This document shows, piece by piece, positions 53,636 to 64,000 of a DNA stretch of 64,000 nt. The DNA lies in NCBI RefSeq assembly GCF_008831285.2, contig NC_045138.2, positions 23,870,001 through 23,934,000 on the forward strand, in the 5' to 3' direction. This stretch comes from Nymphaea colorata (taxonomy: Eukaryota). Under the pieces are notes generated by a model that saw only the letters and a program-made list of their open reading frames with translations, had not been told where the DNA came from and made no database searches. The position numbers and the translations under genes are program-made. Numbering within the stretch: position 1 is the stretch's first letter; each line of letters begins with the position of its first letter.

Positions 53636-55257
53636 GACTCCAGGTTGTTTTGGCAAAATGTTTAGCCAAGACAACCAACTTAAATTCTTGGCAATGGATG
53701 AACATAAAATTAATAATAGAGTTAAACTATTAAAGCCTTAGTAACAAGTGATCGTGCATTTGATGTAAAAGAGATTATCGGTAACCAAGAGTTTCGAAGG
53801 GTCAAACTATGGCTACGATGGCCTATCTCTATCTGCCAGAAGCTTTAACCAACAACACTAATTATAGTTGAATATTTCCTATAAAGTTTAATGTGCAAAA
53901 ACCCATCATATAAACCACCATCTTTGTGCCTTGTATATTATTCTTTTAAGATTTAGTTTTTTTCAATAAACTACCAGTCTATCATGTACTTTAATTAAAA
54001 TGTGAATGGATCCATGGCTATTGTTTTCTTTTATCACCCAATAGTTGGAACAAGATGGTTCTTATTAAACATGACCATATTCTCTTGCTCATGGACCCTA
54101 ACCCAAAATAAATTTGAATCCTATTCTGCGTATATCAAACTATAAAAATTCTGATATTTGTTAAGTAAATTTTAGCTTATTTCAAATGAAGAAATGATAT
54201 CATATAAAAACAATAGCATAAAACGCTTAATGAAAATATATGACTAGCATTTTCAAAACAAATTTAGTATAGCATAATTATATTAGAAAGTTGAACTTAG
54301 TTGTATATGAATAATCATCCAAGATTACTATTTGAGACAAAAAATTTCTATAAATTTTTGCAATTTAGACTAAAAGTTCATTCTTCAGATAAGTTTTTTG
54401 TTATCCAAACAAAATTTTCAATTAAACCAGACAAGTAGATTTTGAGTACTAACATCGAATGTATATACATTTGACATGAAAGGAATTGTGAAAATAATAA
54501 AACATTGTTTATTGAATAAACTAGATGGCTGGATCAAAACAAACATGGATCTAAATGACTACATGTGAGAATCCAATATCTTTACCGGACTCTCCACCAC
54601 AATGGATGTAGATACTAAGAAAACCAAATCGAAATCCAAATCTGATCTCCTATTTCTTATTTAATCAAGATTGGTAGTCCTTAAATGAATCTGGGTTGAT
54701 AGTCAATAGAATTCAGTCATTAAGATTTTATGTACCAAAGTTTGATCCATTTCACTTCATTAGTTCAATTCAGTTTGAGGTCGAATTCAGTCCCGAGTAG
54801 GAACCCTACGTTCAATTCTTGAACCAATCTTAATGCCCCAAGCCAAGTCTCGAGTATAAATCAAAGTCCCACCATAAGAAGAAAAGTAATATATTGTGAC
54901 GAAGGACTCACTTGCGCCACTATTTGCTGGTAGAATATCCTGTCCCCATGGCAGATATGGCATGGTTGGATGTCTACGCACAAACCACAATTAGTAGTAG
55001 CAAAATTTCTTTGCGCCACAAAATATTATAATTTTTAATAGCAGAAAAGCTTCTGAGTCGTAGAATGCCACATTTTATATGAGACTTTGTGGTGCAAGTA
55101 TCTGCGCTAACCTATTTATTCGCCACAACCTTATTGTTGTCTTGTGTGGTGAATCGGCTGCTCCATACCCTCTTCCGTGGGAATTCCTTACATTCCGGTG
55201 AAAATTTTATATTCCGGTCGATTCCTGCTGAATCTTACTGCTATGGTCTATTCTATC

Positions 55258-55590
55258 TGTTGAAATGGGAGAGACATGGAGAATGAAGAATCAAAACACA
55301 AATTTTTACGTGGTTCGGTTCATAGACCTACATCCACAAAGAACACCAGAGCAACAGCCCCTTTTGATTTCCTCTTTATTTCTTTTTCTCTGTTTTTTCC
55401 TTTGCTTTACAATGCATATATAATGTATGATCAATATGAACGTTTGATGAACTTTACATACAAGTATGAAGATTATTGCGGAAACTAACGAGAATGGCAA
55501 TAATCCTTCCAACGTTCACTAGGTTTCAAAAGGCAAGATTGAGAGGAGCCGTTGAGTGTGCTGTGCTGGCTGAAACGATTACTTTCAATA
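55258..55590 (-). repeat. 3' LTR (333 bp)
   Basis: Matches 60484-60817. The internal-side terminal dinucleotide is mutated (TG to TA on the element strand). Confidence 0.95.
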
Positions 55591-58500
55591 CTCCCCTTCA
55601 AGTGGGGCGTAGAGATTCAAACAGCCCCACTTGCTTTTAATATCGTCAAATTGCTTTGTAGGAAGTCCTTTAGTAAACCCATCGGTCAGCTGCTCTGTGC
55701 TTCTAGTATATGGAGTTTCAATCTCTCCTTTTTGGACCTTTTCACGTACATAATGACAATCAAATTCTATATGTTTGGTGCGTTCATGAAAAACTGAATT
55801 TGCTGCTATATAAATTGCAGCTTGATTGTCACAGTGCATTGGAATGGGAGACTTGATAACAAATCCAAGTTCTTGGATGAGTGATTTTATCCAAATGAGC
55901 TCGCTTGAGGTAGTCGTCATTGCCTTGTATTCAGCCTCAACACTGGATCTGGAAACAGTGTGTTGTTTTTTGCTTTTCCAAGAAACTAGGTTTTCACCAA
56001 CATACACACAATAACCTGTCATCGATCTTCTATCTGAAGCACCGGCCCAATCTGCATCTGAGTAACCTCGTATATTAACATGCCCATTCACTTTGTACCA
56101 CAAATCTTGTCCTGGAGTCTTCTTCAAGTATCTGAGAATTCTTTCCATAGCTTTGACATGAACTTCTTTAGGTGAATGCATATGTTGACTTACCAGACTG
56201 ACGGCATAATTGATGTCAGGTCGTGTGACAGTAAGATATATTAATTTTCCCACAAGTCTTTGATAGCTTGTCACATTTTCAATAGGTTCATCCTTGGTAT
56301 TGTCAAGTTTAGGGTAGACTTCTATGGGCGTATCTGCTGGCCTGATACTTGTTTTCCTCGTTTCTTTAAGTAAATCAAGTATGTACTTTCGTTGGTTTAG
56401 AAAAATACCTTTCTTGGATCTAGCAACTTCGATTCCCAAAAAATACTTCAGTCTCCCAGGTCTTTGATTTCAAACGTATTGTGAAGATACCACTTTGTGT
56501 GATCCATCTCTTGTTCATCGTTACCTGTAATTATTATGTCATCCACATAAATTAATACAACAACAATTTTATCGTCAGATCTCTTGATGAAAACTGAATT
56601 ATCTGAGTTGCATTTGATGAATTTTTTGTTTTCCAATGCATCACTCAATTTTTGATACCAGGCTCTAGGAGATTGCTTCAATCCATAAATCGACTTCTTG
56701 AGTCTGCAGACAAGATTTGGAGTGCATTCCATAGGATGGCCTGGTGGCAGGTTCATATATACTTCTTCTTGAAGGTCGTCTTGTAAAAAAACATTCTTCA
56801 CATCTAATTGAAACAAGGGCCATTCAAAATTGCAAGCAATCGATAGGAGGATTCTGATGGTATTCATTTTTGCTACAGGAGCAAAAGTTTCTTCATAGTC
56901 TAACCCTTGTGTTTAAATATACCCTTTAGCAACCAGGCGTGCCTTGTGGCGTTCAATGGAGCCATCACTCTTGTACTTGGTTTTGAAAATCCATTTGCAC
57001 CCAACAACACGTTTTCCCACTGGAAGAGTTACAAGTTCCCATGTACGATTTTTGTGGAGAGCATCAAGCTCTTCATGCATGGCTTCAACCCACAATTTTT
57101 GGTCTTTGGCTTCTTGGTATGTAGTAGGATCTTTTTGTTTTTCAATACGACTAAGGAAGGCCACGTGGTGTTTGAGTTGATTGCTATAACTCAAATATTT
57201 TTCCAGAGGATGAGCAACAGCGATGTTGGTGACAAAGTCCTTCAAATGTCTAGGTGGCTGAATGTTTCGAGAAGATCTCCTTAGAGTGGGTTTAGACGGG
57301 TGAGATTCTGAAGTTTCCAAGTAAGGTTCAATAGGATCCATAGCTCCTATTGCATTGTTTTGATATGCTTGAGGCTCAAAAGAGGCTTCCGTACTGTTAG
57401 AATTAGTTTCAAGGTTTTCACCGGTTTCTCTTCCTTCAAGGTCACTACGGTGATGGGTTATGGTGATATCAAAATCATTGTATAATAGACTGTTGGGTGT
57501 GACCATTATGTCGTGCTTGGAACTATCCTCCCCTTGCCTTGCATCGTGAGAGAAATAAGACCTTTTTTCATAAAAAACTACATCCTGAGAGATATGGATC
57601 TGCTTGGCAGTAACATCATAACACCTGAAACCCTTTTTTGTCGATGAGTAGCCCAAGAAAATACATTTTTTCGCTCTGTGGTTGAGTTTGTCTGCAGCTT
57701 TACTCTTGACATAGACAATGCATCCAAAAATTCTCATGTGGTCCACTTTAAATTTCCGTTTCATGAGGGCTTCCAAAGGAGTTTTTCCAGCAAGAATTCT
57801 TGTGAGTGTGCGATTGATAGTATAACATGCTGTCAAAACTGCATCACTCCAAAAATGTTTAGGAACATTCATATCAAATAGTAAAGACCTAGTCATTTCT
57901 AGAAGATGACGATTTTTTCGTTCTGCCACCCCATTTTGTTGGGGTGTATCTACGCAGGTGAATTGATGATCCATCCCGCTCTCCTTTTTGAATTGTTCAA
58001 AGAATTGATTTTTATATTCTGTACCATTGTCGGATCTAAGACTTATACGAGTTGCAAATTGAGTTTCAACCATTTTGTAAAACTCTAGAAATTTTGCAAA
58101 AACTTCATCCTTGGTTTTTAGTAGATAAATCCAAGTGGTTTTTGAAAAATCATCAATGAAAGTGAGATAATACCGAAAATTTGAGTAAGATTTCACAGGA
58201 GCTGGCCCCCACACATCAGTATGAATAAGATCAAAAGGAAACATAGCATTGTTTAAGGATTCATGGAATGGAAGTCTAGACATTTTAGCATACTTGCAAG
58301 TTTCACAAACATGAGAGTCATAATTCAAATTTGGTAACAAAACATTCAAGACACGACGTGATGGGTGACCAAGTCTCCGATGCCAAAGTTCGCTTTCTTG
58401 GTTGATTTGTGCAGTCAATGCATATTCATTGATTTTTAGCATGTATAGCCCATTTTCGTGAGTTCCCTCACCAATCTTCCTCTTCGATATAGGGTCCTGT

Positions 58501-59828
58501 AAAACAACGTTAGTGGGAGAGAAAATAACTTGACAATTTAAATCTCTAACAATTTTTGAAACGGACAACAAGTTGGTTGAGAGATCTGGCATATAGAGCA
58601 CTTTAGATTTAGCACCATTTCTAAGAATATCTAATTCTCCTTCTCCTTGAACATGCATAGAAGAACCATTAGCAATAACAATAGATTTTTTTCTAGTCAT
58701 AGAAGAACAATTATTAAGGTTATGGCAATTCATAGACATATGATCACTAGCTCCAGAATCAACAATCCAATAATCAGATTTGAGTGAAGTAAGAGCGTTA
58801 CCAGCAACACTTGCTGAAGCTGCCGTACTGTTTTGATGTTCTTTATCATCGTGATTCTTGACATTTTTCAGCAGTTCGTTTATTTTTTCCAGCAGTTGAG
58901 GGAGATCCAAAGTGTCAAGAGTTTTGGCTGCAACATTGGCTACGGTAGTGGTGCTCCCCTTCTCTTTTTTTTCTGTTCTCATGGTGGTGGGTTTTCCGTG
59001 GAGGAACCAACACCTTTCCTTGGTATGACCCTCCTTTTTGCAATGAGAACAAAATCGTTTTGGACGATTCTTCCATTTATGTTCACTGCTTTTATCAGCT
59101 CCATAGAAAGCAACCTGTTCTATATTGCTAGAGTTCCCTTTAAAAGAATCAGAATTTTGAAACATAACCTTTTTTCTGGATTCGTCTCTCATAAGAATTG
59201 AGCAAATAGTGCTGAGAGAAGGAAGCTCCAGGGACATTAAAATTTGGCTTCGGATGGGTTCATACTCTGGGCCAAGAGTTGCAAGAAGCTCAAAAATTTT
59301 TTGTTGTTCACGCAATTTTTCTCGAGATCTAAGTGTAGCAGACATATCCATAAGATAGTCAAGTTCATCTCACATACCTTGAATGTCGCCTAGCAGGTCA
59401 CCAAAATTTTTGTTGTGCTTTTTGAGATCCCGGATACCTTGAGAGAGTTGATACATATGACCAATGTCGTTTTTCTCACTATAGAGTTCCTTTGCCTTTC
59501 TCCAAATTTGATGAGCAGTTTCTGCGAAATAGAATCCTCGTGCGACTTTGGGCTCCATAGAGTTAATTATCCAAGACATTATGAGATGATTGGTAGATCG
59601 CCATTCTCTGTAAGTCGGATCTGTTTCAATAGGTCTTGGAAGATCTTCGGTGACGAAATCCAACTTGTTTCTACCACTTAAATAGAGCATCGCCGATTTG
59701 GACCAAGCCAAATAGTTGCTGCCATTTAAAAGTACAGAAGTAATCTTGTTTGCAGGGCTTGGTTGCTCCTGCACGATAATTTTTTCTACCACTCTGGTTG
59801 TGGTTCCGACGCTTGAATCTTCTGTCAT
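55585..59828 (-). pseudogene. Copia gag-pol polyprotein with two in-frame nonsense codons and one frameshift
   Basis: ORFs 59828-59370, 59351-56913, 56867-56448 and 56439-55585. Motifs LNGSNYLAW, CSHCKKEGHTKERC, WIVDSGASDHM, WHRRLGH, IHTDVWGP, LRSDNGTEY, QNGVAERKNRH, HKARLVAKGY, YVDDII, YSDADWA. In-frame TGA at 59370 (W expected), in-frame TAA at 56913 (Q expected), and a 1-nt frameshift at ~56450 (DLG-LKYFLG). Confidence 0.95.
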
Positions 59829-60483
59829 GGTGAAATGAACAACGTCCCGCCAGATAAGTAGGAGATTTCTGTCTTGCCGGTTCCTCCTCGTCTAAGGCAA
59901 GGAAGCAAATAAGGGCGATGTCGAAAGAGGGCTTTTTTTTTTGTTCTTTCTCGCTCGCTTGACCTTTCTCTCTCCTCACGAGAGCACTTCCCGTTTCTTC
60001 TTGTTCGTCCGACAGTGGTGCCTCTATCGGTCTCCAAAGAGAACAAAACCAGAGAGGGAAATGTCTCTGTCCCGCGCGAGGTCTCCTTCCTCGCCTCCTG
60101 GTCTTGCCGACGGTGGCTTCTACCATTTCTCAACAACCCAACCCCAGCACGAGGGGTACAGAGAGCTCCGCTCAGGAAGCGGCGACGGCTTAGGGCGTCG
60201 GTCGGACGGTGGACGTCGGGCGGCGGAGTTGAAACCTAGCACCGGAGTTTGTGGAAGAAACGATGATCTCTCCCTCAGGCGATCACTCCCGCTGGCCTCG
60301 TTTTCACCATTGGACGAACAAGAAGAGGACAGAGGAGCTAGAGAAATCGTCTTTGCCCTCCGGACGGCCTCCAGTCACCGGGAAATAGGTCTTGATCAGA
60401 AAACCCCTTTTGATGGAATTAGATGCAACAGTTAGATCTCTGGCGACAGACAGGAGGAGCGGTGGAACCTGGCTCGGATACCA

Positions 60484-60817
60484 TGTTGAAATGGGAGAGA
60501 CATGGAGAACGAAGAATCGAAACACAAATTTTTATGTGGTTCGGTTCATAGACCTACATCCACGAAGAACACCAGAGCAGCAGCCCCTTTTGATTTCCTC
60601 TTTATTTCTTTTTCTCTGTTTTTTCCTTTGCTTTACAAGTGCATATATAATGTATGATCAATATGAACGTTTGATGAACTTTACATACAGGGATGAAGAG
60701 TATTGCGGAAACTAACGAGAATGACAATAATCCTTCCAACGTTCACTAGGTTTCAAAAGGCAAGATTGAGAGGAGCCGTTGAGTGTGCTGCGCTGGCTGA
60801 AACTATTACTTTCAACA
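60484..60817 (-). repeat. 5' LTR (334 bp)
   Basis: TGTTGAAA...TTTCAACA terminal inverted repeat, adjacent to the PBS. Confidence 0.95.
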
Positions 60818-60827
60818 CTATCAGACG

Positions 60828-63800
60828 TGATGAGATAGAGAGAGAACACCGAGAGAAGGAAAGAAGTGTGAAGGAAGCTTGCTCAACGCAATGAATGAAA
60901 TGACTAAGAATCATTACTCTTGATTTGTGTGCATATTTATACAATGTATACAGGAGCGTGGTGGAGCATATGCAAGCAGCTGGATACAGCTGGGAGCCAG
61001 CTATACTCCACGATGAGTCCGGTAGCTTCTTGAGTAGTCTAACACTCCTCCTCAAGTTGGTTATCCTATATCGTATATGCCCAACTTGTTTGACTTGTTA
61101 TTGAAACATCTTTGCTTAGAGCCTTCGTCAGGACATCTGCAGTTTATTGTTTGCCGGTAATATGTTCTGTGTTAATCACCCCCGATTGAATTGTTTATCT
61201 GATGAAGTGCCAATTCACTTCAATGTGTTTCGTTTTTTCATGGAAGAATACAGGATTATTCCCAGTAGTATGTATTGCTACTTTGGTATCGCACATGAGC
61301 TTTATCGTTTTCTTTGGTTGAATTCTCATATCTTTCAGCAGATATTTGATTCCATAAGCTCACAAATAGCCAATGCCGTGAACCTAAACTTTGATTCTGC
61401 ACTAGAACGTGTTACCAGGTTTTTGCTTTTTCAAGATACTAAGTTGTTCCCTAGAAAGCAACAATACTTTGAAGTGGACTTTCTATCATTAACATTGCCT
61501 GCTCAATCTGCGTCAGCAAAACCCACAATGTCTAGTTTACCATTTCGTTTCATTAGTATCCCTTTCGCTAGTGTTTTCTTCAAATACCTTAATACTTTGT
61601 GTGCTGCTTCCAGATGAGGATGCCTTGGATTGTGCATGAACTGATTTAGTTTGTTCACTGCAAAGGTTATATTTGGTCATGTGGCTCTTAGATATATCAG
61701 CCGTCCTATCAGCCGTTGATAGCTACCTTCATCTTTTAAAAGATCTCCTTCATCTTTCAGCAATTTTATGTTTTGCCTTTGCGCATGTCATTCCTGCACC
61801 TTTCAATAGATCCAATGTATATTTCTGTTGTCCGATAAACACTCCTTTCTTACAATGAGCTACCTCAATTCTTAGAAAATAGTGCAGGATTCCAAGATCT
61901 TTGATTTCAAAGTGTTTTTTTAGCACTCACTTTGTCCTATTGATGTGGTCAATGTTGTTCCTTGTTACTATTATATCATCCACATATATAGCAACTATTG
62001 TCCTTCTTTCATGACTTATACATGTAAAAAATTGAGTTGTCTGCCGCACTTATTTTGAATCCACCTTCTACTAGTTTTTTTGCTTAGCTTAGAGAACCAT
62101 TCCGGAGCCAAGTGCTTCAGTCCATATAAAGACTCTTTCAGTCTGCACACTAGTGGCACTTCAGACCGTGACTGTAATTGTAGACCTTGTGGCAAGTCCA
62201 TATAAATTTCTTCATGTAAATCTACATGAAGAAATGCATTCTTCACATTGAGTTGATATAGAGGTCACTGTTTTATTGCAACAACTGAAAATAATGTTCT
62301 AATGGAATTCATTTTAGCTACATGGACAAATGTTTCATGATAGTTCACTCCATGCACTTGTGTATAGCCTTTAGCCACTAGCCTCGCATTATACCTTTCT
62401 ACTTCTCCTTTGTTGTTGTATTTAATTTTGTAGGTCCAACGACACCCAATTGGTTTCTTCCCTACAGGTAGTGTCACTAATTGCCACGTCTGGTTCTTCT
62501 CTAAGGCACGTAGTTCTTCATTCATTGCCCTACACCACTTTTTTTCAGATTTGGCTTCTTCATAGGTTCAGGGTTCTCTTTCTCAATATATCTTGAAGAG
62601 ATACACCCTATAACTTTCTGTCAGTTCCTCACTGTGGAAGTAATCAGCTATAGAGTGAGTGGCTAGTTTCTGAGCATAATAAGTGTAAAATTCTTTCAGA
62701 TGAACTAGTTGTTTGTTAATTTTCCCTGACCTGCTAGAGTAGACAGGTTGTATATTTTGCTTAGTTGCCATTGTTACATCTTTGGTCTTAAGATTGATTT
62801 TCTGCTTCATGCTGATCATTTCTTACCTTTGTTACCTACCTCCCACTGTAGATTAGGTAGTCCTTCCTCTTCATCGATAATGGAGACTGGTCTTGTGATT
62901 TGCAACCACTTAATGAAGATGTTTGTGACTTGATATGGATAGTATGGTTGTTCTTCTTTGAATTTGACATCCCTGGAATAATATACTTTTTATGTATTGT
63001 GTTCTAAGCATTTATACCCTTTTTGTCACAAAATAACCCAAAAATAAGCATTTCACAGTTATGCACTCTAGTTTGTTCCTCATGTGTTCTTGCAGGTGCA
63101 CAAAACATCTGCAACCAAACACTCTGAGTTGATTTAATTTGATGGGTTTTTGAGTCACTATTTTTAATGGACATCTGTATTCTAGCCATCTACTAGCTGT
63201 CCTGTTTATTAGGTAGCAGGCACATGCTAAAGCTTCTGGTCAAAATTTGCCAAGAGCATTCATATGGGTCAACATAGACCTTACTACATTTAGTATATGT
63301 ATGTTTTTTTCTCTCACATACCCCACATATTCTATTGTAATATTTCTCTTCCTTTATGGAAGTCATCGAATTATGTGTTTACAAATTCTCTCCCATTGTA
63401 GAACGAAGGACTTTTATTTTCTTGTTAAATTGGCAGTCAACAAGTTGCACAAACAGCTTGAAGAAATGAATTACTTCACTTTTCTTATTTAGAAAGTACA
63501 CCCAAGTATTTTTGGACTTGTCGTCCACAAGGATCAGAAAGTATATGTAACATGTCCATGCCGCTACAGGTGCTGGACCTCACACGTGTCTGAGTGTACA
63601 ATCTCAAAACATGATTCACTTAACTCTCAGAATTAGAAAAAGGTAACCTTAACATCTTTGCTAGAATACATGCTTCACAACTATCTATGTTTATTTTCAA
63701 CTTTGGAAACAAGGCCCTAAGAACCATATCTGACGGATGTCCCACGAGACAGTGCCACAACTTGGCATCTTCTTTAAGAGTAGTTGCACTGAGTGCTGTC

Positions 63801-64000
63801 TTTGGGTTGAACTTTATTGTCTAAGCCCTTTATCTTTCATCCCTTCACCAATCATCTTCAGGTTGTTGTGGTCCAGTAAGATCACTATCTTTTTATTAAA
63901 CACGAATAACAGTTTAGTTCACTGGTCAGTTTATTGATTGAAATCAGGCCCATGGTAAATTTTGGAACATATAACACGTTATCTAGTGAATAGTCATCAA
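60828..64000 (-). mobile_element. Second, more decayed Ty1/Copia element (putative 3' LTR 60828-61044, PPT, RNase H, RT, integrase); continues beyond the window
   Basis: TG..CTAACA followed by PPT TTGAGGAGGAG (61045-61055). RT fragments MNEELRALEKNQTW..YNARLVAKGY and KNAFLH..EEIYMDLP. RNase H ADAD*A / KHIEV. Integrase and WHCLVGHPS at ~63.3-63.8 kb. Many frameshifts. Confidence 0.9.

Larger units (their letters stand above)
55258..60817 (-). mobile_element. Full-length Ty1/Copia LTR retrotransposon, inactivated
   Basis: LTRs 55258-55590 and 60484-60817. 5-bp TSD CTATC at 55253-55257 and 60818-60822. PBS TGGTATCCGAGCC at 60471-60483 (tRNA-iMet-like). PPT AAGGGGAG next to the 3' LTR. Order gag-PR-INT-RT-RH. 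Confidence 0.97.

Noticed and set aside
53112..53705. 197-aa minus-strand ORF with internal repetition
   Set aside because: Lies in GGATAT/GAATCC-repeat MITE-like sequence with a local duplication; no recognisable protein features.
54985..55152. Possible CACTA-derived remnant
   Set aside because: Subterminal-like GCCACA motifs are present, but I found no clean CACTA termini or 3-bp TSD.
59352..59372. In-frame TGA as a possible programmed gag read-through
   Set aside because: It falls mid-gag at a normally Trp position, and the element carries another nonsense codon and a frameshift. Simple decay is more likely.
59671..60435. Overlapping 100-160-aa ORFs in the Copia leader
   Set aside because: GC-rich 5' UTR between the PBS and gag; open frames are expected by composition.

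Overview
This is eukaryotic (flowering-plant) nuclear DNA, rich in transposons, with one clear host gene. That gene is a 13-coding-exon sterol C24-methyltransferase 1 (SMT1, cycloartenol C-24 methyltransferase, 348 aa) on the minus strand, 38887 to 15863, whose introns are swollen by transposons. The first coding intron (9.5 kb) holds a decayed Ty3/Gypsy element. Inserted into it are an apparently intact 3.5-kb hAT transposon (perfect 8-bp TSD, TIRs, uninterrupted spliced 781-aa transposase) and a non-autonomous hAT-like element. To the left of the gene are a decayed L1-type LINE interrupted by a 3.7-kb PIF/Harbinger element (its transposase and Myb/SANT-partner genes fused by an internal deletion), and a truncated Ty1/Copia element whose LTR-PBS-gag junction is tandemly triplicated. 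To the right are MITEs, tandem repeats, a full-length but mutated Ty1/Copia element (TSD, LTRs ~96% identical) and a second, older Copia element that runs off the window. I found no prokaryote-type system and no convincingly new gene system. The notable points are transposon architecture. All family assignments come from motif recognition by eye, not database searches.
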